Source: Nitrosovibrio sp. Nv4
GTDB lineage: Bacteria; Bdellovibrionota; UBA1018; CAIMNF01
DNA length: 56,570 nucleotides
Direction: 5' to 3'
Assembly (NCBI GenBank): GCA_943327105.2
Contig: CALPVV020000003.1
Span: forward strand, 1-56,570
A program made the translations under genes and the position numbers. The notes under the pieces are model-generated. The model had not been told where the DNA came from, searched no databases, and worked only from the letters and a program-made list of their open reading frames with translations. Each line of letters starts with the position of its first letter. Position 1 is the stretch's first letter. Below are positions 9,576-18,294 of the stretch, in pieces.

Positions 9576-10559
9576 TCAGTTTTTCAAAAACGCCCGCATG
9601 TGGTCCATTCCAAAAAATTGAATTGCCGCCAATTGGTTATGTGTTCGGCAAAAGTGGCGCAAGTTTTCGAGGCTGTGGTCACCGCCCAGAGCGAAGGGAA
9701 TGATGTGATCGAATTCAAGTTGGGTACGGCAATCGCAACGTCGAGCGGTAGCTGGGTCGATGTATTCGCACTGATCGCCTGATCGAATGCGAATTGCATA
9801 GCGAATGCCAGCAGGGATGTGGCGGGTTTTCGCTAAAGTGCTTTGCGATTCTTTTGTAGATCCGGTTGTTACTTCGCGCGCGCGAAGTGGCGCAGGGGCA
9901 TTCTTCACGTTAGTGGGTTTGACTCCAACTTTTTTCACTTCTGAGCGATTGACTGTTTCCTTCATTGCCGCTTGAATGAGCTCTCGGGTACTGGACCCAG
10001 GGTGCCCCTTCAGTTCGCGCATGCGTTGAAGAAGTTCCAGGAATTCTTGATCGACGTCGATCAGGATGCGCGTTGTTTCGGCGCTGAGTGGTTTGATCAT
10101 TTCCTTGCGGATGGGTTCACTCGATTCAGTTGCCAAAATTCGGTCCACCTCGCGAGAGGGTTTCGCCTTGATGGAGGAGAGTAAATTTAGCGCTTGTCCG
10201 ACACTGATGCGTTCTCTGCGGACGTGTGTTGCAAGTTTCGCTGCCGTGGTCAAGGTGACTGTGTTGTTTTCAAACTCATCACGCACTTCGGGTAATTGAA
10301 CCATGAGTCGCATGGCGCTCACTCGTTCGGATGTTTGGGATTCGGAATAACTCAACTCGTGATGCACATATTTCCACAAAGAGGAGTAGCCCATGATGGC
10401 GTACAGTCTGCGTCGATCGATTTCGGCGAGATGTTCAAGCAAGGCTAGAGTTGCGTTTTTTTCCTGAGTGGTTGCAGTGATGGTTTGCTCGTGAAGTTTC
10501 TGATTGTCCAAAAGGGAAAGTCGGATGGGTTTTGGATGTTTTGGAGAGGGAAACTGCAT
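9576..10559 (-). CDS. HNH endonuclease with long helical (DUF222-like) N-terminal region
   Basis: CEY...C...LEFDHIIPFALGG...NLRHFCRTHN; start placed at MQFPSP, behind a promoter-like sequence. Confidence 0.9.
   Translation of the reverse strand: MQFPSPKHPKPIRLSLLDNQKLHEQTITATTQEKNATLALLEHLAEIDRRRLYAIMGYSSLWKYVHHELSYSESQTSERVSAMRLMVQLPEVRDEFENNTVTLTTAAKLATHVRRERISVGQALNLLSSIKAKPSREVDRILATESSEPIRKEMIKPLSAETTRILIDVDQEFLELLQRMRELKGHPGSSTRELIQAAMKETVNRSEVKKVGVKPTNVKNAPAPLRAREVTTGSTKESQSTLAKTRHIPAGIRYAIRIRSGDQCEYIDPATARRCDCRTQLEFDHIIPFALGGDHSLENLRHFCRTHNQLAAIQFFGMDHMRAFLKN
9871..9888. repeat. Perfect 18-bp palindrome ACTTCGCGCGCGCGAAGT in the HNH linker
   Basis: Exact reverse-complement symmetry; related copies upstream of ileS. 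Confidence 0.8.
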
Positions 10560-10715
10560 GTGGTTTTTGTAGCGAAAAAAGTGAAAAAAGTCGATAAAAT
10601 ACTGTAATTTCGTGATTTTTTGCTTTTTGAGAGTGTTTGAAAAATGCCATTTTAAAACCGAAAGATTGGTCTTTCGACGCACCAAGCATCAAAAAAGCCC
10701 CAGGGGTCTTTTGAG

Positions 10716-12206
10716 CTACTTCTTCTTTGGATGATTAAACGACCGCTTGTAAGTCACTACAAACCAATCGGCCATGATTTCGCGAGTGATGTCTTCTTGC
10801 CGAATGGTTCGACCATCGAGTTCCAAAGGCTTTTGATCCATCAGATCGGTTTTTCTGCTTTTATTGTTGGAAAGCGGATAATACAACCGAATCGGTACGA
10901 TACTGACCGTAGTGTTTTTATCGCGGGCAATGTTCCAACGAAGACCTGCATCAGCCATTCCGAAGGTGCCCATATCGCGTTTTTCGGGCGTCTGGTTCCA
11001 CGGGTCAATGGTGATACCACCCAGTAATTCATATCGTTTTAAAAGAGGGTTATATTTTGCTTTGCCCATGCTAACCATCACTTCACCTTGAACGTATGGT
11101 TGAAGCGGGTTGAGCTTGAATGCATTTTTTGAAATCGGCACATTTGCAACAAAACCCGCATTAGCCCTTAAGGTGACTTCGCACTTTTTAAAATGACGAT
11201 TCAGTTCAGGACTGCTGACTTTTGCACCAAGAGTGAGATAGCGATGCATTCCATCAACGATTAGATTTTCAAAGGCATCGTTATCAAACGTATAGATGCC
11301 GATCGTATTGTGCCAATTGTTTTGAATCTTTGTTGCGGTCCCGTTTTGAGTGTCGTTCAGTGTTTTGGTTCCGATCATCAAGCCGTAATCAAGTTTGTTT
11401 GATGGAATCACTATTTCCATTTTCAGTTCGGTAACTGATAGTGATCGTTGTGCTGTTTCTACTTTTAGATCCGATAATTTTCCGTTGAAATCGATCGGCT
11501 CGCCGGTTTGATCGTCGATCAGTTTCAACTTTCCAGCTGGCGTAGTGAAGCCGTCTGCCGAACGCGAGTAGAGTCTGGTACCAACGCTGCTGTTGAGTTT
11601 GATTCCGTTTACGAAAACAATTTTCGAGCTCCCGTCGATCGAGTAGGTGTTGCCACTGTCATCGCCAAGCCCCATGACGGGGGTGCCATCGTAAGATTGA
11701 TCTGAATTGGTGATTGTTCGGTAAGTTTCAAGATAAAACCGCGGTGAAATCAAGAACCCTTGATGGTTGTCGTTGGTGGTGCCAGCACTGACTTCGATTG
11801 ATTCAATCTGTTTTTTGATCTTCAAGCTGACCTGTTGAATGCCGTATTTTTTTCGAAGTGGGTGATCGGGTGCAAGGGGAATGGTTTTTGGTTCTTGTTG
11901 TTTTTTTCTGTTGTGATTTTTTCCGGAATTCCCGCCGCCGTCGGTAGTGTCTGGTTCGCACTTGCAATCGGAAACGATTACTTCAACAGTTTGTGGTGCG
12001 GTGATTTTGAGCGGTGAAGGGTAGAGATCGCATTGATCCGTCTTACCCATTTTCTTAAGTTGCTCGATGGTGCTTTCAATTTCAGTTTTCTTTTCTTTAG
12101 TAAAGTTGTCCTCGTCAAAAGTCGTACCCTGCGAGCCCAATGGTTTTTGAGCCCAAGTTTCAGAGTAGATCAACATCGCCATGATGAGAATAAAGACAAA
12201 ATTCAC
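10716..12206 (-). CDS. Secreted/outer-membrane beta-rich protein, LpxR (DUF2219) lipid A deacylase-like
   Basis: Signal peptide; NDN...DDSGNT and IQNNWHNTIG resemble LpxR ND/D..YT/Q...H motifs; amphipathic beta strands. Confidence 0.55.
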   Translation of the reverse strand: MNFVFILIMAMLIYSETWAQKPLGSQGTTFDEDNFTKEKKTEIESTIEQLKKMGKTDQCDLYPSPLKITAPQTVEVIVSDCKCEPDTTDGGGNSGKNHNRKKQQEPKTIPLAPDHPLRKKYGIQQVSLKIKKQIESIEVSAGTTNDNHQGFLISPRFYLETYRTITNSDQSYDGTPVMGLGDDSGNTYSIDGSSKIVFVNGIKLNSSVGTRLYSRSADGFTTPAGKLKLIDDQTGEPIDFNGKLSDLKVETAQRSLSVTELKMEIVIPSNKLDYGLMIGTKTLNDTQNGTATKIQNNWHNTIGIYTFDNDAFENLIVDGMHRYLTLGAKVSSPELNRHFKKCEVTLRANAGFVANVPISKNAFKLNPLQPYVQGEVMVSMGKAKYNPLLKRYELLGGITIDPWNQTPEKRDMGTFGMADAGLRWNIARDKNTTVSIVPIRLYYPLSNNKSRKTDLMDQKPLELDGRTIRQEDITREIMADWFVVTYKRSFNHPKKK

Positions 12207-12270
12207 GCATTTACTTCTCGGGTTTTTTTACTTCTCACTGTAAAAATCCTCTCCGGCTGCTGTCATAACC

Positions 12271-12299
12271 TTGACGGCGCACCCGCGAGTCCTCATAAT
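12271..12299 (+). promoter_or_regulatory. Sigma70 promoter, leaderless
   Basis: TTGACG-17-CATAAT, 6 nt, then ATG 12306; no SD. Confidence 0.7.
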
Positions 12300-12305
12300 G
12301 AATGA

Positions 12306-13469
12306 ATGAACAAAGTGATCCTGATTGGTTGCGGAATGCAGGCCTATGGCGCTGCTTATGATCTCATTAAATTCGGTAATCCGAAGGAGTTGATCCTGGC
12401 CGATGCGTTTCCCGAATCGATCGCCAAGCTCAAAACCTTTTTAGAAAAACATGTGAATCCCCAAAAACTGACCTCTCTTACGCTCGATGCGGGCGACATC
12501 GATGCTACTGCCAAGGCGGCGATGGGTTGTGTTTTGATGTTGAATACGGCTCCATATAAATACGCACTTGATATCACCAAGGCTGCGATCAAGGCGAAAG
12601 TGCCGATGGTCGATCTCGGTGGCGATACTGATATGGTACTGGCTCAACTCAAACTTTCTGATGAAGCAAAAGCAGCCGGAATCACGATCATTCCTGATTG
12701 TGGAATGGGGCCCGGAATGACGAACATCACCGTCGGGCACGCGATGGAACTGCTCGACACTGCCGATGAAATCATCACCCGTGATGGCGGAATACCGACC
12801 AACGGCAAACCGCCGATGAATTATCACTTGGTGTTTTCGATCGAGACCCTGGTGAATGAGTACACTGGAATGACGACCCAGATGCGTGATGGTAAATTCA
12901 TCAACATCGCACCGATGGATGAAATCGAACAATGCGATTTGCCGGTAGTGGGGAAGGTTGAAGCAACGCACGGAATGGGAATGCTTTCGACGCTGCCTTG
13001 GACGTATCAGGGCCGTGTGAAGAATCTCGAGAACAAATTCGTACGCTACCCAGGCAATCTCACTCTTTGGAAATCGCTCAGGGACATGGGCTTTTTCTCG
13101 CGCGAAGAAATCAAAACTGAAAACGGTGTATTTCAGCCCCGTGCGATGACAAAAGCACTTTTGGGAAATTTCCTGATGCCGAAAGGCGGCGAAAAAGATC
13201 TTTCGTTCATTCAAACGATCAGCAAAGGTCACAAGGATGGAAAGCCCGTGACGATTGAACACTGGATTTGTGATTACTCAGACCCGGTCACTGGTCTGAC
13301 CTCGATGCAACGAACCACTGGGTTCACCGCATCGATGGTGGGGCAGATGATTGTAGCGGGTTCTATTCAAGAAAAAGGCGTACTTCCACCCGAGTTGGCA
13401 GTACCGAAAATGCCGTTTTTTGACATGATTCAAACGCGCGGCTTTGAGTTCAAGTTCACTCAGCGCTGA
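12306..13469 (+). CDS. Saccharopine dehydrogenase / lysine 6-dehydrogenase family
   Basis: GCGMQA Rossmann motif, VDLGG, DCGMGPG, GGIP, NEY, MQRTTG. Confidence 0.9.
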   Translation: MNKVILIGCGMQAYGAAYDLIKFGNPKELILADAFPESIAKLKTFLEKHVNPQKLTSLTLDAGDIDATAKAAMGCVLMLNTAPYKYALDITKAAIKAKVPMVDLGGDTDMVLAQLKLSDEAKAAGITIIPDCGMGPGMTNITVGHAMELLDTADEIITRDGGIPTNGKPPMNYHLVFSIETLVNEYTGMTTQMRDGKFINIAPMDEIEQCDLPVVGKVEATHGMGMLSTLPWTYQGRVKNLENKFVRYPGNLTLWKSLRDMGFFSREEIKTENGVFQPRAMTKALLGNFLMPKGGEKDLSFIQTISKGHKDGKPVTIEHWICDYSDPVTGLTSMQRTTGFTASMVGQMIVAGSIQEKGVLPPELAVPKMPFFDMIQTRGFEFKFTQR

Positions 13470-13748
13470 TTACTGATTATCAATACAGCCGGCCATGTGG
13501 CTGTCGCATGGGCCATTTCTGTGGACTGGTTTTTGGTAACGTTCGTGCGCCTTACTTATGTCTTTTACTGGCTTTCCGCTGACCTTGGCTGCACCTGCTG
13601 ATTTTATCGGAGGGCAGGATTCCGGGTGGAGCCTGCAATCCCGTTGACTGTTTATTCTAAACGCATTGCTTTCCCTGGAAAACGCCTGATTACTCCCACT
13701 AACCCCCATCAGTGCCACAACAATGAATACATGAATGAATTTGAACAT
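13470..13748 (-). CDS. Small secreted Cys-containing protein
   Basis: Signal peptide, 4 Cys, GGGGG RBS-like sequence and TATAAT upstream. Confidence 0.65.
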   Translation of the reverse strand: MFKFIHVFIVVALMGVSGSNQAFSRESNAFRINSQRDCRLHPESCPPIKSAGAAKVSGKPVKDISKAHERYQKPVHRNGPCDSHMAGCIDNQ

Positions 13749-13868
13749 GAAAAGATCCCCCCTTGGGACACTTTAATTATACAATCACAATTTAAAAAAA
13801 CATACTAAAATAGTCAATTTTTTAAATTATTGTTATTTAATCAAAAACCCCCATGTTATTCTAAAAGG

Positions 13869-14837
13869 GTGAGGCTTGTTACCCGTTATTCCCGTATGCT
13901 TTTGGCGTTGATTCTGGTTGCCCCGCTCGGGCTTCAAGGCAATGCTTTTGCTGACAAAGACGACTGTGGAGATGTGTTGTCGAGTTTGTTTCATGCCGAC
14001 GGTAAGGCCTGGCACGAAACCAAAGATGGTCATCAGTTGTTCACCCATTTTATTCCCCCGAAGAAGGGCAAGAAATCGGTCTATGTGATGGTCAACGGTT
14101 TGGTTTATTCGAGTGATCGTTGGGATGGCTTGGTGAAAGAACTCACGAAAAAAGGCCACGGTGTTCTTCGTTACGATTTCCTCAATCAGGCAAAAACGCT
14201 AGGGAAGCAGGAAAAAGTTGTTTACCGCTCGCTCGCTGATCATAGTGATGACTTGAAAGGTGTCATTTCTCGTCACATCAAAGATGATTCTGAAGTTCAT
14301 CTTGTGGGGCTATCTTATGGCGCTTCGATCGCAACTGAGTTTGCAAAAACGCATCCGAAAGACCTGAAATCGCTAACCCTGATGTCACCACTGGTAGTGA
14401 GTATTGAAAAATACACACCATCAGGACAAATGGCTCGAAGTTCACTTGAAATGTATAAGTTTTGGGGCTCGCATGCTTATGAAGTCGCATATGAAAACAT
14501 GTATCGAGGCTTTATTCGAAACGCTTACCAGGTTTCCCGTTACCCAGACGTTTCTGTGAGCCGCTATCAAGATGCGCTTTTCGAGCTGGGCAAAGCCGCT
14601 AGAGATTTTGATTTGAAACAGGAAATCAAAGCGGTAAAAGACGTGCCGGTGAAACTGATTTTGGCTGGTGCCGAAGATGCTCCTGCAAAAGCCGATATAT
14701 TGAAAGTACGGGAAATTCTAGGTTCAAGGGGCGGGGAGGGGTTTACTGAGATTGATGGTGCTGCCCACGCAATTCCCGACGACTCACCTGTTGAAGGTGC
14801 CAAGGCGCTTGTGTCAGATGGCTATTTCGGGAAATGA
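13869..14837 (+). CDS. Secreted alpha/beta hydrolase
   Basis: GLSYG nucleophile elbow, GAED, GAAH; signal peptide; GTG 13869 lies 6 nt after TGTTATTCT. Confidence 0.85.
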   Translation: MRLVTRYSRMLLALILVAPLGLQGNAFADKDDCGDVLSSLFHADGKAWHETKDGHQLFTHFIPPKKGKKSVYVMVNGLVYSSDRWDGLVKELTKKGHGVLRYDFLNQAKTLGKQEKVVYRSLADHSDDLKGVISRHIKDDSEVHLVGLSYGASIATEFAKTHPKDLKSLTLMSPLVVSIEKYTPSGQMARSSLEMYKFWGSHAYEVAYENMYRGFIRNAYQVSRYPDVSVSRYQDALFELGKAARDFDLKQEIKAVKDVPVKLILAGAEDAPAKADILKVREILGSRGGEGFTEIDGAAHAIPDDSPVEGAKALVSDGYFGK

Positions 14838-14846
14838 ACCGGTAAA

Positions 14847-15527
14847 CTAACGTTTCCACCACGGCAGCAGCGTTTCATAAGATGCAATGACCTGGTAATC
14901 GATCCAATCCGAAATGAGTTTGTTTTCGTTATCGCGGGCTTCTATGTGATTGGGTTCGTAGTAAAACATCGGCATTTTACGAAAAACACATTCTTCGTTG
15001 CTTTGGTTCTTTTCATAGTCCTGATACGAAGTCGCGGTCATGCACTTCGGATGGCTAGGCATGAAGTAATTACTCCAGGTTTGGACATCAACCGGTTTAT
15101 CGAAGAAGTACGGGTCGAGAACCATTTCTTTTCCTTCAACGAGTACGAACGGAGCGACGTGAAACCACCAATCAAAACCGGTGGCGCGGCGGTATTTGTC
15201 GGTAAAAAATAAGAAGATTTTTTGTGAATTGATTTTTGCCATCTGCTTCATTTCAAGAGCCCAGAGGTGAGCGCGTTGATAACATTCGGCATGCGCTTTT
15301 CGATTGTACTTTAGCAGGGTCAAAAGCTTTTGCGCATCATCCAGTGATTTCAGATTGGTAGGCACATAGGCTGGATCAGAATAGCGAGCATCTGTAGGAA
15401 GTGTTTTGAACGTGAAAGAAGGCAGTGTCTTGTCGAAATACTGGTCCAAGATCGGGTTTTCAGCGTTTGCATAAGAAACCAAAGCTTGAAGGCACAATAA
15501 GAAAAGAGACGTTAGAGCGATCTTCAT
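14847..15527 (-). CDS. Protein-glutamine glutaminase family protein
   Basis: Signal peptide; CYQRAH, WWFHVAP, VLDP supply a Cys-His-Asp triad. Confidence 0.85.
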   Translation of the reverse strand: MKIALTSLFLLCLQALVSYANAENPILDQYFDKTLPSFTFKTLPTDARYSDPAYVPTNLKSLDDAQKLLTLLKYNRKAHAECYQRAHLWALEMKQMAKINSQKIFLFFTDKYRRATGFDWWFHVAPFVLVEGKEMVLDPYFFDKPVDVQTWSNYFMPSHPKCMTATSYQDYEKNQSNEECVFRKMPMFYYEPNHIEARDNENKLISDWIDYQVIASYETLLPWWKR

Positions 15528-15588
15528 AGCGCGTTTTATACAATGAAGCCATGAGACGTAACAGTAAAAAATTCAATTAATTTACTTA

Positions 15589-16818
15589 CTAAAACCCTTT
15601 GTCTTCAAGTATTTCCCTGATCCGCATGCGATCACGGCGCGGGTCTCGGCAGAACCTCCAGCAAGACTCCATGATTGAACCAATAAGGTCATGGCGGATG
15701 TCCGAGGTTTCAGTCTTTAGACGTGTTCGAGCATCGTAAATGAGAGCATCGGCTTGCTCAGGGAATTCCTTTTTGATCAGCCAAAGAACCGAAAGTACGA
15801 AGTCTGAATTCGCAAAAAGATTGGATTCAAAAATCTGATTGTATGGGGACTTGTTTTTCGCGTCCTTTGGTTGGGATAGTGAGTATTTTCTGATTTTGCT
15901 GGCAATGTGCGGACTGCCACTGATTGAAGTTGCAAAGTAATCGGCCATTCCTTCCAGCATGGGAGTTGAAAGCGAAAGAGCCAAGTGGTCGCTGAGCGCC
16001 ACATGAGAAAACTCGTGATAGATGATCTCTGGAATCATTGCGGTATCAAGATAGTAATACTTTTCAAGGAATAATCGATTCGCGTGTTTGCTTCCTTCCA
16101 GAAGCAACTGTATTCCAAGGATGGTCGCAAACTGACGCATTACCAGTTCTTGATAAGGTGTTTGTAGGGATTGCGGATAGAACCAGTTCTGAAAGGTGAC
16201 TTGAATGAAGCGGTTTACATAGGTGCTTTGAATCGGCTTGGAAAGCATCGACAGGTATTTGGTCAGTGGGTTTCCTTCCGCATCGAGACCGCTGGCAGGA
16301 AGGTCTTTGCTTAGGATTTTCTTTACCGGCCTGAACCAGATTTCATTACCCCAGGCTGGAATCTCAACGCCTTCCATCGGTTCGCCCGCAGGAATCGAAA
16401 GTGCATTGTTGTGCTGAGGTTCGATTGATTCGTGCTGGAAGTGCCCCAATTCACTGAAGCGATTGGTGATTTCGAGTCTGACCGTGACTTTTGGCATTGC
16501 TTTCACGTATTCAGACTTCATTTCTTCAGCCCAGAATTTTCTAGCCAAATTCAAGTGATAGTAGGTTGTAGCCGCTTTTAGCTTCAGGGCTTCATCTTTT
16601 TCAGAGAGTGAAATGGCTTCATCGCTTTTGCCATTCACGATCTTGAAATATAGACCATCAAAAGAAGAGCTAGAAAGTAAGTTTTCAAGAACTTCCTGTT
16701 TGAACACCGGTTTAAAGTGCTTGTTGCGAACAAGAACTGTTTCAGTGATTTGCGCATTTGCAGTGTTAACGGCAAGAAAAAGAACGATCGATGTAAATAT
16801 GCTTTTAGAAGAAATCAT
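15589..16818 (-). CDS. Secreted gluzincin-type zinc metallopeptidase
   Basis: IIYHEFSH plus EGMADYFA, NNA motif, AATTYYHL; signal peptide from MISSKS. Confidence 0.8.
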   Translation of the reverse strand: MISSKSIFTSIVLFLAVNTANAQITETVLVRNKHFKPVFKQEVLENLLSSSSFDGLYFKIVNGKSDEAISLSEKDEALKLKAATTYYHLNLARKFWAEEMKSEYVKAMPKVTVRLEITNRFSELGHFQHESIEPQHNNALSIPAGEPMEGVEIPAWGNEIWFRPVKKILSKDLPASGLDAEGNPLTKYLSMLSKPIQSTYVNRFIQVTFQNWFYPQSLQTPYQELVMRQFATILGIQLLLEGSKHANRLFLEKYYYLDTAMIPEIIYHEFSHVALSDHLALSLSTPMLEGMADYFATSISGSPHIASKIRKYSLSQPKDAKNKSPYNQIFESNLFANSDFVLSVLWLIKKEFPEQADALIYDARTRLKTETSDIRHDLIGSIMESCWRFCRDPRRDRMRIREILEDKGF

Positions 16819-18202
16819 ATGCTTGATCCGCCTGAGAAGGTTTTTGTGATTTTCTGTAAATGATTCCTTCAACAAACACTAAGCCCATTGAAGAAATGAT
16901 GTTGTAAGGAGGGGGAAGGAAGATCGTCGCAGTTCCCGCAATTCTGGATGTGTAATTGACGATTTTTTTCCATTTAGGAACTTCAGGGTTCCAGAGATTG
17001 TCGATTTTGAGTACCGAATCGATGATCTTAGCGTTGATCAGGCCTGTTTCGAGCGATACTGCTACTAAATCTTCGTAGGTGATCGGATTACCTTGAAAGA
17101 ACGTCGATCGATTAAGATCGTCGATGTCTTTACGCAAAAGTTTTCTAGCCAGAAAATATTGTCCCATGGGTGATACTGGAACCACTTCTGGTCCAAATTT
17201 GGTGGTAAAAACAACTTCAGTTTTTTGGGCATCCATTCGGTTGAAGGTTTTTTTCATCAACTCTTCAATCATCAAAACCTGGGTCTTGTTGAAACGGAAG
17301 TAGATGCCCTGGCGATAGGTCATTTTTTTCGGTTTCTTCAATCGAATTCCCAATCCCTTTGGGGATGCTTTATACTTGGAGCTAAGTTCATTAGGAAGAA
17401 GATCATCTTCGCTTGGTGTTTTGCCTCGGGATTTGTTTTTAATGTCACTCAATAAATCAAGGTAAGTTCTCAAGTCGATCTTGAAATTTTGGACGCCTGC
17501 CGTGCGATAGAATTCAAGAAGTTCGAATTCTTGTTGAGTGATGATTTTCTTATCGAGAGCTGCAATATTCAAGAGTCTGATTTGATCTTTATCACCTGCA
17601 ATCGCATCCAGCTGTTGGGCTGTTTGTTGCCAGTAAGACAGGGTGCAGTTCGGTGAATTCAAAGTTGAATCTTTCATGGGCCCATAAACTATCGAGAGAT
17701 CAAAATCAGTGATCCCTTTTTCAGTCAGCAGTTCTTGCATTGCATTCAACTCTTTTTTGCTTGGAGTGGTAGGCTTGAATGCGTCCATCGATTCTGAAAG
17801 AGTTGCAGACTGATTGAGTATTTCAAACAAGATGTCGTCGATTTGATTTTCAGATCTCCAAACTACAATGAGGTCTGAAACGGTTTCGGAGTTTACTTCA
17901 ACGTTGGTGTTTAGTTTATCGAGATTTTTCTTGAGTGATTGAATGAGGTTGAGTTCGCAATGTTTTCCTGTTTTTTCAAGGTCAACAATGGCATCAGTCA
18001 GAAGCCGATAGGTTAGTGTTGAATATTCGCCCACTCTTCGTGTAGCAGTCCGTTTTTTCAGTCTGGAGTATGCATGGGTGACCAGTTCTTTATCGTTCTT
18101 GATTAACGAAACATCATAGTCTGCTTGAGCTGCAGTAAGGTTGCTTGTCAGTAACAGGATGACAACAGCAAGAGAACGTTTGGATTTCGATTTAAAAAAC
18201 AT
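16805..18202 (-). CDS. Secreted helical hypothetical protein with C-terminal hydrophobic segment
   Basis: 465-aa ORF, signal peptide, overlaps the metallopeptidase start. Confidence 0.8.
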   Translation of the reverse strand: MFFKSKSKRSLAVVILLLTSNLTAAQADYDVSLIKNDKELVTHAYSRLKKRTATRRVGEYSTLTYRLLTDAIVDLEKTGKHCELNLIQSLKKNLDKLNTNVEVNSETVSDLIVVWRSENQIDDILFEILNQSATLSESMDAFKPTTPSKKELNAMQELLTEKGITDFDLSIVYGPMKDSTLNSPNCTLSYWQQTAQQLDAIAGDKDQIRLLNIAALDKKIITQQEFELLEFYRTAGVQNFKIDLRTYLDLLSDIKNKSRGKTPSEDDLLPNELSSKYKASPKGLGIRLKKPKKMTYRQGIYFRFNKTQVLMIEELMKKTFNRMDAQKTEVVFTTKFGPEVVPVSPMGQYFLARKLLRKDIDDLNRSTFFQGNPITYEDLVAVSLETGLINAKIIDSVLKIDNLWNPEVPKWKKIVNYTSRIAGTATIFLPPPYNIISSMGLVFVEGIIYRKSQKPSQADQAYDFF

Positions 18203-18294
18203 TTTACACCCAACTGGTAATAACCAATTAATTTAAACAGTTGGGTATGTTTTACGCTATGCGTTATTAAAAGTAAACAATTTGTGTCTAATAT

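Noticed and set aside
10560-10685. Extended HNH start at 10685
   Set aside because: Overlaps a T-rich promoter-like tract; ATG 10559 fits better
10691-10712. Terminator after the LpxR-like gene
   Set aside because: U tract present but the stem is short and imperfect, so it was not called
12441-13262. 273-aa antisense ORF
   Set aside because: Shadow of the saccharopine dehydrogenase gene with no motifs; the same applies to antisense ORFs over ileS, ftsK, metK and fliG
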